Origin: Octopus sinensis
Lineage: Eukaryota
DNA: 64,000 nucleotides
Direction: 5' to 3'
NCBI RefSeq assembly: GCF_006345805.1
Contig: NC_043016.1
Span: forward strand, 26,846,001-26,910,000
Shown here in pieces: positions 1-11,639 of the stretch. Each line of letters starts with the position of its first letter. The first letter of the stretch is position 1. A program made the position numbers and the translations under genes. The notes below the pieces were generated by a model. The model had not been told where the DNA came from. It did not search any database and was given only the letters and a program-made list of their open reading frames with translations.

Positions 1-735
1 AAAAAAAAACTCTTCCCAACCAATTGGTACCTTCTGAACTATTGACATGCAACTTTCATTGCAATCTTACTATAACTATAGTTAGCATTATCGACAACTG
101 TTGTTAATCACCTCTTTAAGTACATTTACATTAATTCAGTACAAGCTTCTAATTACATTTGTCTTTACTTACAGAGTAAGGTCATTGTACTTAAAACTAT
201 TTGACTATATTATTTATGTACTATTTCTTCTTTAGGACAAGGTTACAGGTATATACAAAACAAAATTAAGATCTTATCTTGTGATAGTAATGCAACAAAA
301 ATTTAGCACCCCATCACCACCACCTATTCCAAAGTTATGTGGTCCAGAGATGGATAATTGAAAATTCTAATTATGTTCTATTTACTAATTTTTTTTATCC
401 CTATTTTGTACACATGCAATATCTGTACAGCAGGACTGCTTACATATCCACTAAGACAGAAGTCAAAACATGAGTATTCAAACAAATAGACTATATTTTT
501 TCTTTTAAAACTCCATGTTTGAGGTTAGACAAAAAATTTTTCTAAAACACTGTCATAAATGATTTCTTTTGAACAGACATAAAAGCAAATTTATAGAAGA
601 GGAAGCACTATCATTATCATAAATTTATGTTGATTGTTTCAACAGGATTCTACCACTCTGTTAACTCATCTGTAAGGGCCAACATACTTAAATCTGACTA
701 AATCACTTCACATATCTTCTGGCTAAATTCTATAT

Positions 736-899
736 CAGTGGTTCCCAACCTTTTCAATACCAAGGACCCCTTTTATTTAAATGAGTTTTCTGATGGACTC
801 CAAGATATTGAAAGGTTTGTCAGCTTAACATGTTCATGGACCCCCAGTACTACTTTGCAGACTACCAAGGGTCTGCAGACCATGTGTTGGGTACCACTG
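736..899. mobile_element. hAT-type MITE
   Basis: TIRs cagtggttcccaac / gttgggtaccactg with an 8-bp TSD ttctatat / ttatatat (7/8 match). Confidence 0.8.
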
Positions 900-1350
900 T
901 TATATATAATGAATTCTTACTGCAGGAACTTAATTAAATTGGGATATTGTTGCTGGCTAATGCAAAAAAACAAATTTTTAGACAAACTGAATATTATATA
1001 TGTGTGTGTGTTATATTTGGGGATGGTATTACTTTTACCAATTAACATTTCAGCTTTATTATTATTTTTATTTTAGTGTTATTTACCTGAAATCTTTTAT
1101 TACACATTCTGTGACCACTTCAGTGACTTTCCATCCCACGTTGGGTGGAGAGTCGCTGAAAGTATTAGGATGTGTCACAAAATGTGAAAGATTTCAGACA
1201 AAGGACACTCAAATAAAAATAAAGCTGAAGTGAAGAACATGTATATAGTGCATGTGGTTAATTACCAAAAATATGACCATCCCCAAATAAGACAATATCT
1301 GTTTCAACACAAGATTTTACATCAGGAATCTTGCAAAGCAAATATATATA

Positions 1351-1607
1351 TCATCATTTAACATCTACTTTCGATGCTGGCATGGGTTGGATGATTTGAC
1401 TGAGGAGTGACAATCTGAGAGGCTGCACTAGGCTCCAATCTGATTGGGCAAGGTTTCTACAGGCAAATGCCCATCCTAATACCAACCAAGAGTGTAGTGG
1501 GTGCTTTTTACATGCCACTGGCACAGGAGCCAGTCAGGCGACATTGGACCATGCTCGAATGGTGCTTTTTATGAGCACTGGAGCAGGTGCCAGTCAGGTG
1601 GCACTGG

Positions 1608-1611
<4 letters not shown>
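1351..1611 (-). mobile_element. SINE with V-domain-like core and (TGA)n tail
   Basis: Family motif ggatgcccttcctaacgccaacc (degenerate here) and (cat)n end. Related copies lie at about 15340-15575, 18478-18595, 20040-20400, 28530-28675, 37845-38040, 43750-44080, 55030-55260 and 55760-55950. Confidence 0.7.
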
Positions 1612-1654
<43 letters not shown>

Positions 1655-1656
<2 letters not shown>

Positions 1657-2010
1657 TACAAAAAATTCAGGGTGAATACTTGATAACTGTAAGCACCTGT
1701 ATATGCCAGCTAGTGGTGTAGGTGGTAGGATATATGTATCAAAAGAAAAACAGGACGCAAAGGATTTTGCGGTACATATGTTTCGCGCTTTATTGAACAA
1801 CTTATATCAATGCATAATTAATATAACAGGTAGTTCAAAAGCCTTCTTCAGCCGCGTACAATTACCACACCAAAGACATGTATCACATTATAGCAGGTTT
1901 GAGAAAAAGTTTGGGAAAAGACTGAGTTTCATTGGGAAAGTAAATCCTCATAGGCGTATATGGCATTGTGAGACACCAAAACAAAACGTCCATATTGTTT
2001 TTTCCCCTCG
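1655..2010 (-). mobile_element. Penelope-like pseudo-LTR remnant between two (TA)n tracts
   Basis: Carries the ctgaagaagg...cgaaac hammerhead signature typical of Penelope-like element ends. No recognisable coding sequence. Confidence 0.45.
1769..1855 (-). ncRNA. Type I hammerhead ribozyme candidate
   Basis: GCGG-CUGAAGA-(A)-long stem II-GAAAC-AUAU-GUA^-CCGC. Core boxes at 1851-1845 and 1784-1780. Stem I is GCGG/CCGC, stem III is the palindrome ACAUAUGU, and the predicted cleavage site lies between 1773 and 1772. Confidence 0.7.
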
Positions 2011-2030
2011 ATATATATATATATATATAT

Positions 2031-3350
2031 CACCTTGACCTTGACCGACCAGTCCATCAGGCGTCCATTTGACACCACTGGTCACAGCACGCTGTCCACT
2101 CCTCTCTGGATCGCGCCTTTCTCATCCACGTGATCCCAATCGTCCTCCTGAAATCGTAACTCCACCGTCGTGGAGGTCTTCCGGGTGGTCTTTTCTGCTC
2201 GCGCACGTACCACTCGACAACTGCGTGCGTCCACCGATTACCGGTGAGCCGGGTGACGTGTCCAGCCCATCTATACTTGCTGCGTGTATACTCTGCGATG
2301 ACATCTCTCACGCCGGACTTCTTTCTGATGATCTCACTACTTATGTGCTCTCTCAATGAGATACCAAGCATTGACCTTTCCATGGCTCTTTGAGCCATTA
2401 CCAGTCTTTGCTCTTCTCTCTTTGTGGTAGCCCATATTTCTCTACCATATAACATTGCAGGCAGAACTGCACTGTTAATGAGGTTGGCATGGGTGGTCCT
2501 GTCCAACCTTCCCTTGAGCACATCTCTTATGCCATTGAACGCCTCCCATCTGGCCCTTACTCTCCGTGAGATCTCCTTTTCGATATCTCGGCACATATTT
2601 ACTTCCTGTCCCAGGTAGACATATTCCCTCACCTCCTCTATTTCATCACTGCCGATCACCATTTGACCTGTTGGTACGTTGTCTGACTGCATGAACTTTG
2701 TTTTCATGCGGTTCATCTTGAGACCTACTGCAGAGCTTTTGATGCCGAGCATGGTCTGAAGTTGATACATGTTTTCTGCGATGAGTACGATGTCGTCAGC
2801 GAAACAGAGGTGGGTGAGGAGCTCGCCATTGATGTTGACACCACCTTGCCAGTCGATGCCTCTGATGATCTGTTCGAGACATGCAGTGAAAAGTTTTGGG
2901 GAGATTGTATCTCCTTGCTTCACTCCCTTCTCGTCCGGCACTCGTATGGGTGATGACAGTAGAGCTATGTCGGTGGTGCATCCAGAATTTGCCTCTCTGA
3001 GCAGATGCACATATTGCGCTTCGATTCCTTGCCTCTGCAGCGAGTTCAGCACTGCGTTGGTTTCAACGCTATCGAAGGCCTTCTTATAAGGGCGACAGAG
3101 AAGATCTAAAGAACTACCGACCCATATGCCTGCTGTCTCACGTGTACAAGCTGTTCACGAAGATAATTCTGAACAGGTTGTGACGTCGTCTCGACAAACA
3201 ACAACCAAGGGAACAAGCAGGCTTCCGGAAGAACTACAGCACGATGGACCATATATTTACTCTAACGCAACTGCTTGAGCAAGCAAATGAGTACAAGCTG
3301 CCTCTTTGTGTTGCGTTTATAGATTATAGATTATGAGAAGGCCTTCGATA
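2031..3350 (-). mobile_element. RTE-clade LINE, 5'-truncated with an inverted 5' segment
   Basis: 331-aa RT ORF (QGDTISP, FADD, YLG, RWAGHV) at 3052-2057, a (GGTCAA)2 tail and (TA)n on both flanks. Upstream RT motifs ([13 protein letters not shown]...EQAGFR...AFIDYEKAFD) are encoded on the + strand at 3085-3350. Confidence 0.95.
2057..3088 (-). pseudogene. RTE reverse transcriptase C-terminal part (open frame, truncated)
   Basis: Reads [21 protein letters not shown] through to the stop at 2057-2059. The endonuclease and RT N-terminus are missing in this orientation. Confidence 0.9.
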
Positions 3351-6300
3351 TATATATATATATATATATAATTCTTTAGGAAGTTTGAAAATATGAAAAA
3401 AATTAATGTTTTTCTCAGAAGTTACAATGGTCAAGTGAATATGATAATTTTTTTAATCATGCAGTCTTGTATCTTATCAAAAGATACATGTGGTCATGTA
3501 TCTTATTAAAATATTGCAATGTTTCAAAGCCCCCCGGAAGATGTCCACAAATGATGCAATACAATAGCAATCAGCATATTCAATTTTGAATTTGTCTGAA
3601 CATGTTAGAGTGAATAAATACATTATTGTTTGGATTTCTGATGTTTAGCATTGCACTGCATGAAGTATTACCAATCTAGCATATATCAGTAAATAATTTG
3701 TTTGTTGATTTCTATAAACAAGAGTCAGTATTCTTGTTAGACATACTGGTCCAGAGGTAGCCTTGAGTGAAGATATCCTCAATAAGATTGAACCACTGTT
3801 GTGTCTCAAAGCTCCCTTACACCAATGAATTGTGTATGTTATGAACACTCAAGAAGTTCTCCAATGACAAACTACAACAACAATCAACATATTCATGTTC
3901 AAATCCACCAGAATGTATTGAAAATTTTCCTGGCAGCAGAGCTGATTATGAATAGAGAAAGAATGCTTCTGAGCAATGTGAACAGACTGAAATATGGCAC
4001 GTAATATAATTTACAGGACTGAATTCTCTTATATATATATATATATATATATATATTTCAATATATTAAATAAATATTACAGGTTTAAATTCATGTGGGT
4101 TCCACTTTAAATGCTTGTATGCCAACACAAAAGTTTGCTCTTACATCAATGCGTCTGCAGCTCAGGAACAACAAACATTCATACACAATCAAGCATTTGT
4201 TACTTACATTGCACAAGACATGATTTGTGTGTGTGTGTGAATGTGTGTGTTTTCATGCAAAGTTATAGATAAATCGAAGGGTCACTCAGTACTTTTAGAG
4301 TACATATTTATTGATTTTCAAAGAGTGACACTGACTTTGAAGTTCTGGATTACTGGCTGTCATCAGGCTGTAATGCATTTTGTTCATTGTCTTAATATTT
4401 CTTTCATTCTATTGTCATAATGATTTCTATGAATATTGTGGCTGTAATTATTAAATATAATGATACAATGCCACAAATATTTTAGGGAAGAGGTAAAATC
4501 AATTTAATGTATCCTTGAATAATGTAAAGCAAAAGCAACATTAACTGGATTTGAACTGAGAATGTAGATAACTATATGCCCATTTTGTCTGGCATGACTA
4601 ACATAGCAGTTCACTTACATGAATAAATAACATTACCTAAGTACTCTTTATATACCATCTGCAGCAATTTAAACAATTATCCAAATTTGCAGAACTGTCC
4701 AATCAATACTGTATAAAATTGTTGTAAAATGTAGAAAATCTTATCATATACACATTAAATATACATAATTTTTATTAAGATTTATGAAATAAGATTTGAT
4801 ACATGTTGCTATAGAATTAGAACAACAAAGTAAATCTAACCGGCTTCCTGAAGTTCATACTATCACAAGTCTGTTGTTACCATAGAAATATTGAAAGCCA
4901 TGTGTGTACATCTAACCCTGACAGCTTTTAAGTAGCAAAAGTGGTCTTAATGACATCCCCAAGGACAAACTACTATGTTACAGACTAATAAAAAATAGAA
5001 ATTGCAAAAGAAATAGAGCCATTACATGGATCTTATATGTGTTAATCTTCAATTAGTTCTGCCTAAAATAATCAATGAATGCCTCCCTCCTATATTATTA
5101 ATAGGAGAGAGGCAAAAGCAAACATCTCTTTTTAACTACTTTTCATAATATTCTACATTTTTTCAATCCTATATTCAGCTATTTATATTAAGTTAAGCAG
5201 GTTTGAGTCACATTAATATTACCTAATACGAAAACAAAAAAACTCTTTATTCCATAACATTTACAGAGGGAACATCAGAATTTTTCTTCTTGTATTTTAT
5301 TTTTGGTTTATATTTCAACCATTTAATCATTTTAACAGACTTCACATTGAAATGTTATCTTGAAATAAAAAAAAAAGAAAGAAAAAACGAACCCAAATAA
5401 ACTGGCTATATATAGCAACATATAATGCTAAGCTTTAGTAATTTTTTTTGTTTTGTTTTGTACTGCGACAACTACTTTTTAATTTTTAATCCAACTTAAA
5501 GCTAACTGTCATGGAACATTGAAAAGGTTACGGAATGTCCTGCCTATTAAAAACAAAATTAGGTCAATTAAAAAAAAATAATCTGCTTTGGTATATTACA
5601 TAGAGAACATACTTATGAGCTGTTGAAAATGTCTTAAATTAATAAACAGTGTTTTTAAAATAAATGAAAATTATTAGTCTTGCTTAAAATATATATCTAA
5701 AAGTTAAGAAATAAACATACTCAAAAGTTGATACATAAAAAAAAAACATTTTATTACTATTAAGCCATGACAATAATAACCTATTTTTAGCTAATAACAT
5801 AAAGTCATAGGATATAAGAATGTTATAGACAATCCTATTACACAGGACAATGAACTATATATAATATATATATAAACACACACATGTACAGAGATAATAG
5901 AGAGAGAGATTTTAGGAATCCATATGTCCAAGACAGAAAATAAAAAGGAATATATGCTACGAACATTCTATTCCACTTTAAATCTTCCTTAACTCAGGAA
6001 TAAAGTGAAATATAACAGACAGCTGTAAATATACAGGCAGCAGTTACATGGTAACAGTCTAACAATCCAACATTTATCAAGTGAGCTAATGCATATGAAA
6101 AGCAACTATGGGATACAACAGGACAGTCAGAAATATATGATTTTAAACAGATAATTTCTATATATACATTTTACTAATAAAAAGTGTGCAAAGTTTGGAA
6201 GTGAATCAGAAAATATTTTGGTATATAGATATACCAGTACACTCTGAATAAGCACGATGATTCAAGAATGTTCACAAGTTAACTATGCTAAAGTAGCTAC

Positions 6301-7099
6301 TAAGTTGCTTTATAGTAACAAATTATCATATCATTGTAATAAATAGAAAGAAATCTTGACTGACGGAGGTTACTAGTAAAAAGGATTTATACATTTGGCC
6401 TTGTTTATTCGAATCAAACAAGTTGGCAAATAAAGCTAGAAGCCTTAGCAATCACATGCCGCACAACAGCACTAGACAAAAAGCTATGGCATGTGCTAAG
6501 CTAATACAAATAATCAATAAAAGAATTTGATATACTAGCAAAATGTCAATGCTGCAGATCTTATTTTATGTGGTATAGTTATTTATTTGAGAGGTTTGCA
6601 GCTTTATTAATAACTGAAATAAAGAAAATATCCCAGCAAAAACAACACACATTCCTCTGATTTTTTTAAAAATTGAAGTAACTTGTCAGTAAATAATTCT
6701 ATAAAAAAGATTTTTGTTTAAATCAATGTCACTTTAACATCATCATCATCATTAACATTTTTATGCTTAGCTCTGGTAGGATAGTTTAATGGGCTTAAAT
6801 CATATTCTCTGATATATCAAATCTAAAATATTTTGGGTGGGTAGGCAGGTGTTAGATCAATCCCAATAATCTTTTGTAACCTTGCTTTACTCCAATTACT
6901 GCCAAACAGCAATCCCTACCACATGTCTACATTGCTTCAAAATCCTTTCACATGTTGCTTGAACATTTCACATCTTTTTAAATGTTGACCAGCATATTTT
7001 TCTATCATGACATTTTCTCAACGAAAAAAAAGTAATAAAAATTTAAAAGTATTGTAAAAAGAAAATCAGTTTCTATTCAATAATTTGATTATCCTTTAA

Positions 7100-7314
7100 C
7101 CTTTTCGTTACCAGCCTGGCTGAAACTGGCTCTGAAGTACAAATGTCTTGTTTACATAAGTTTTTAATTAAAATCTTCCACCAAACCTTAGTCACAATTT
7201 ATGTTCCTAACACTAGCTGAATGATAGCTAAGTTATTTTACTAAATTCTTTGCTATATTTAAAGTAATTGAAAGAAACACAGAGCATCTCAAAATAAATA
7301 CAGTAACGGAAGGG
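7100..7314. mobile_element. piggyBac-type MITE
   Basis: ttaa|ccttttcgttac ... gtaacggaaggg|ttaa: TIRs with a TTAA target duplication. Confidence 0.8.
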
Positions 7315-8102
7315 TTAACATCAAATAATATCAATTTTGTTAGGCAAAAGCACTTCAGAATTTGAGGGAAATTTTTAACAGATTATGCAAAAATGACAAA
7401 AAAAGCAAAATTATACAATCAATTTTAAAATGGTATATAAGAATGATATCCACAAATAATGAGTAGAAGTTAAGCTCTTGCTTTCCAACCAAGCAGTGTC
7501 ATTAATTTCCAATTTTCTATGAATACATACATGTCCAATCATGGGAAAATATTTCCTTGCTTGGAAACAAGTGAAGGGCAACAGAAAGAGCATCTAGTTG
7601 TGAAAAAATCTGACTCATTGAATCCCATCTGACCCATGGAAGCATGGAACAGTGGACATTAAAATGATGATATAAACAAATTGAAACTAGAGTAGAGTCA
7701 AAATACAAATTAGGTCTTAGGCCTTTATCACATATGCTAATAGAAACAGTTAAAATAATTGCATCAGATGGTTCTCATCAAGTTCAACAAATAGGAAAAT
7801 TGACCAAAAGAAGTATAAAAACTACAAAATGAGACAAAATATTAAAAGTTAGAGGAAAATATTTAAAACATAATTTTCAGATGATTGTGAATTATTTAAA
7901 AATCCAATTTAGATGAAAAATTTTATTTTACACAAGATTAATATTTACATAAATACATGCTAAACAGAAATTGTTTCAAGAAGTGAGGGTGTTCATTGGT
8001 ATAAACAGTTTAGGAAATAAAATATAAGAAGCATATATTTTGGACAATCCTGAAATGATGCTTATTTAAACAAAAAAAAAAAAATTAGGAAAATTTTTCT
8101 TT

Positions 8103-8493
8103 TCTTTTACTCGTTTCAGTCATTAGACTCTGGCCATGCTGGGGCACCACCTCAAAGAATTTTAGTCTAATGAATCAACCCCAGTACTTATTTTTTAAAA
8201 ACTAGTGCTTATTCTATCACTCTCTTTTGCCAAACTGCTAAGTTACAGGAATTTAAACACACCAACACCAGTTGTCAAACAGTGGATGGGGGACAAACAC
8301 AAAGACACACACACACACACACACACAAAAATAAGCTTCTTTCAGTTTCCGTCTACCAAACCCACTCACAAGGTTTTGGTTGGCCTGAGGCTTAAGTAGA
8401 AGACACTTGCACAAGGCGCCATGCAATGGGACCAAACTCAGAACTATGTGGTTGGGAAGGAAACTTCTTATCATACAGCCATGCCTGTGCCTA
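8103..8493 (-). mobile_element. tRNA-derived CORE-like SINE with internal (CA)n
   Basis: Reverse complement of the family at 9342-9754. Further partial minus copies at about 8720-8920 and 9060-9160. Confidence 0.85.
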
Positions 8494-9341
8494 TACAGTA
8501 CGTGTGCATCATTGTTTTAATGCATACTTTTCCATGCTAGTATGGGTCCAAAAGTTTATTGAGGCAGATTTTCTACAGCTTGTTGGCCTTCCTATTGCCA
8601 ACTCTTACCTGTTTCTAAGCAAGATGATATTTCCCCATGGTCAGACATATTTTCACAGAATATTGGAAATGAATAACATTTTTTGCACAATAAAGACACT
8701 CATTTACAACTATCATGTAATGTCAAGGCAAAGAGACACATACATACACACAGACATTTACACACACATGCACACAGTCTTGTTTCAGTTTCTTTCTACA
8801 AGATTCACTCTCTAGGCTTCAGTTGGCCCAGGGATATAGAAGATACTTGCCCAATGTGCCACACATGGGACTGAATCTGAAACCATGTGGTTGGGAACAA
8901 ACTTCTCAACCACAGCTGCATTAAATGAGTCATTACTTGTACAGTAAACAATTTTGAGATTCTTTACTTCCTTACAAATTTATAAAAGTTTTGAACCAAT
9001 TCACTCAAGTAGAGTCAAGCAAAGAAATGGAATATCAATATTCATGCAAGCACAAGTATGGAAGCACATGCATGCACACACACATTTATGACAATTTCAA
9101 TCTAGCAAATCCACTCAATAAGGCACTAGTCAGCCTGGGGCTGTAGTAGATGACACTTGTTTCTGAAATGCTTGTGATGGTAATTTATATCCCTTCATCT
9201 AAAGCTTATCAATATTGCTTAGTTTTCAGTCTTCTGTATATTAGCTTATGTATCAATAATGGAGTGTGGATCTATAGTTTATCATAGTAGATAACCACAA
9301 AATATTCTCTTAGTATATTTTATAATATAAATTTAACTAAT

Positions 9342-9754
9342 TAGGCATAAGGGTGGCTGTGTGGTGAGTAGCTTGCTTACCAACCACATGGTCCCAGGTT
9401 CAGTCCCACTGCGTGGCACCTTGGGCAAGTGTCCTCTACTATAGCCTCGGACCAACCAAAGCCTTGTGAGTGGATTTGGTAGACGGAAACTGAAAGAAAC
9501 CTGTTGTATATATGTATGTATGTGTATATGTGTGTGTGTGTGTGTGTATATGTTTGTGCGTCTGTGTTTGTCCCCCTAACATCGCTTGACAACCGATGCT
9601 GGTGTGTTACGTCCCCGTAACTTAGCAGTTCGGCAAAAGAGCCCAATAGAATAACTACTAGGTTTACAAAGAATAAGTCCTGGGGTTGATTTGCTCAACT
9701 AAAGGCGGTGCTCCAGCATGGCCACTGTCAAATGACTTAAACAAGTAAAAGAGT
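9342..9754 (+). mobile_element. tRNA-derived CORE-like SINE, near full length
   Basis: tRNA-like head (ggctgtgtgg...ggttcagtccca), CORE-like ccttgggcaagtgt, central (TG)n and tail gaaacaagtaaaaga. Other copies at about 25936-26280, 35452-35870, 56720-57050 (-), 57289-57597 and 62400-62730 (-). Confidence 0.85.
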
Positions 9755-11639
9755 AATTAGACCTGAAGAAGCTATGCAACAACAATCATCTTGCAATATC
9801 TTTTGTTTGTTTATCAATTCAAGAAGTCATCTTCACCACCCTAACTTTTTTCCTCAACCTGGCAGTCCCATTCAATTGTGTCCAAAATGTATGTCGCTGT
9901 GTGTGATTGTGTTGCATATAGTGGGAAAGCCTGAACTCCAAAACCTATCTAATTCACAACAGCAGGAGTAGGTTACAATAGAGAGCCCAAGAATTACTAT
10001 AATTATTTGTCATTAGACTGTATGTCTGAAGAATGTTGACTAGCACCACCATCAGTTTCAACTTAATTTTCAATGCTTATATTAGCTCATCTGGCCACAA
10101 CACCTCATAGCTAACTTCTACACTACTAAAATTTCTGTCAAAGCTATTGTTGCCACCAAACTAAATTATAAACTATTATCCTTTATTTATCTTACTTAAG
10201 ATTTCATTATAAATTATTGTTCCCTTAGAACTCACAAGTGTTTCATTAATGATCCTTTAAATAAATAACTTCAATTGTTTAACTGAATTGTAATGAGTTC
10301 TTTTAACCAATCAAGGTGTATGTTGAAAGCTATGACATGAAAAATGAAATGAAACAAAATCCCAAATTACAAATTCCTTTTCACATTTCACCTTAAGCAT
10401 AGTTTATGTAATACCATCGAAACAAACATCCAACCTGCTTAGAAATAAATAAGAAAAACTATTTACAATTTTTAATTTCCAGAATATCTACCTTCATGTT
10501 CACATCTATGATGAATTGCATGTTGATTATAATTGTGCGGAAAGATTAAAGAGGAATGACTGATGGTATTATCTGCATATATAAGTCTAAGAGATTAGAA
10601 CTAATGACAACAAGGTTGTGCATGAAGAGAAGAGTGTGTGGATAGCATAAGTGAAGCATGTGATACACTAAAATTAATAATCTATAGGTTAGAGAGAGTC
10701 AAGAAACACATGTCTGTGAAACATAGCCTAAGAGCAATACTAATTCAAACATTTCCATTCAGGGTATGCCACACTATCTGTCAGTCAGATTAAAAGAATA
10801 CAATTTGGTCACCTCAAGAACATGAGCTAGAACTTGGTCATCGTAGATACCTTGGCAATGTTCAAACAATCAATGAACAGGCAACTGTACTTACTATTTA
10901 TTAAATGAAGAGAAATGCATATGCCATTTACAGGCCTTCTTACAATAGTGAAGTTGTTATAATTGATTATGTGCAGATCAAAATTAGTAGAAAAATTACA
11001 CAACTCTAGGGAGAAATTATTGAATGTGATAAGAAGGGGATCTATAAGGCAGAAGGAGCTGAAGAGAACAAAGATGTATTAGGTAGTCTTACAACTTGCT
11101 AGATCATAGAGGTGAAGGTAGATAGAAGAAATAGCGCATTTGTGAGCCAGTATTGAATCTTTGCCAATAAGCCTGATGGAAATTTTGAATGTGGTTTGAA
11201 ATGTTCATATGTATGTAAGCATCAGCATTATTACTATACAAGCAACCCTGAAAGAGAGCCTGTTTTTGGTAATATATATGTACCAAGAAAGATCACCATA
11301 GGCTTGGAAATCTAGAATTTGCAGTAAATTTAGAGTTTAGTAGTATATTGTTCATGAATAGGAATGGTGTGGTGCAAGAGTGTTTCCTTGATGCATGTTG
11401 TAATTGTATCTCTTGTTCTGCTGAAGAAAAAAAAAGATTTTCACTTGAGGGATTTGTTCAAAGAGGTAGTGTTTGAAGTAAGTCAGCTATTATGCAGTAT
11501 ACGGATGATACTTGTGTGGAAAGGTTAACAAGGAATGATGAATAGTATCATTTGCGTAGGAAGACCCTATATGGTTAGTACTAACAATAAGTAAGTCATT
11601 AATATAGAAAAAGAAAGTGTGTAATTGCTATAACAGAAT

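Noticed and set aside
2069-3089. Plus-strand ORFs overlapping the RTE
   Set aside because: They are shadow frames of a GC-rich RT sequence.
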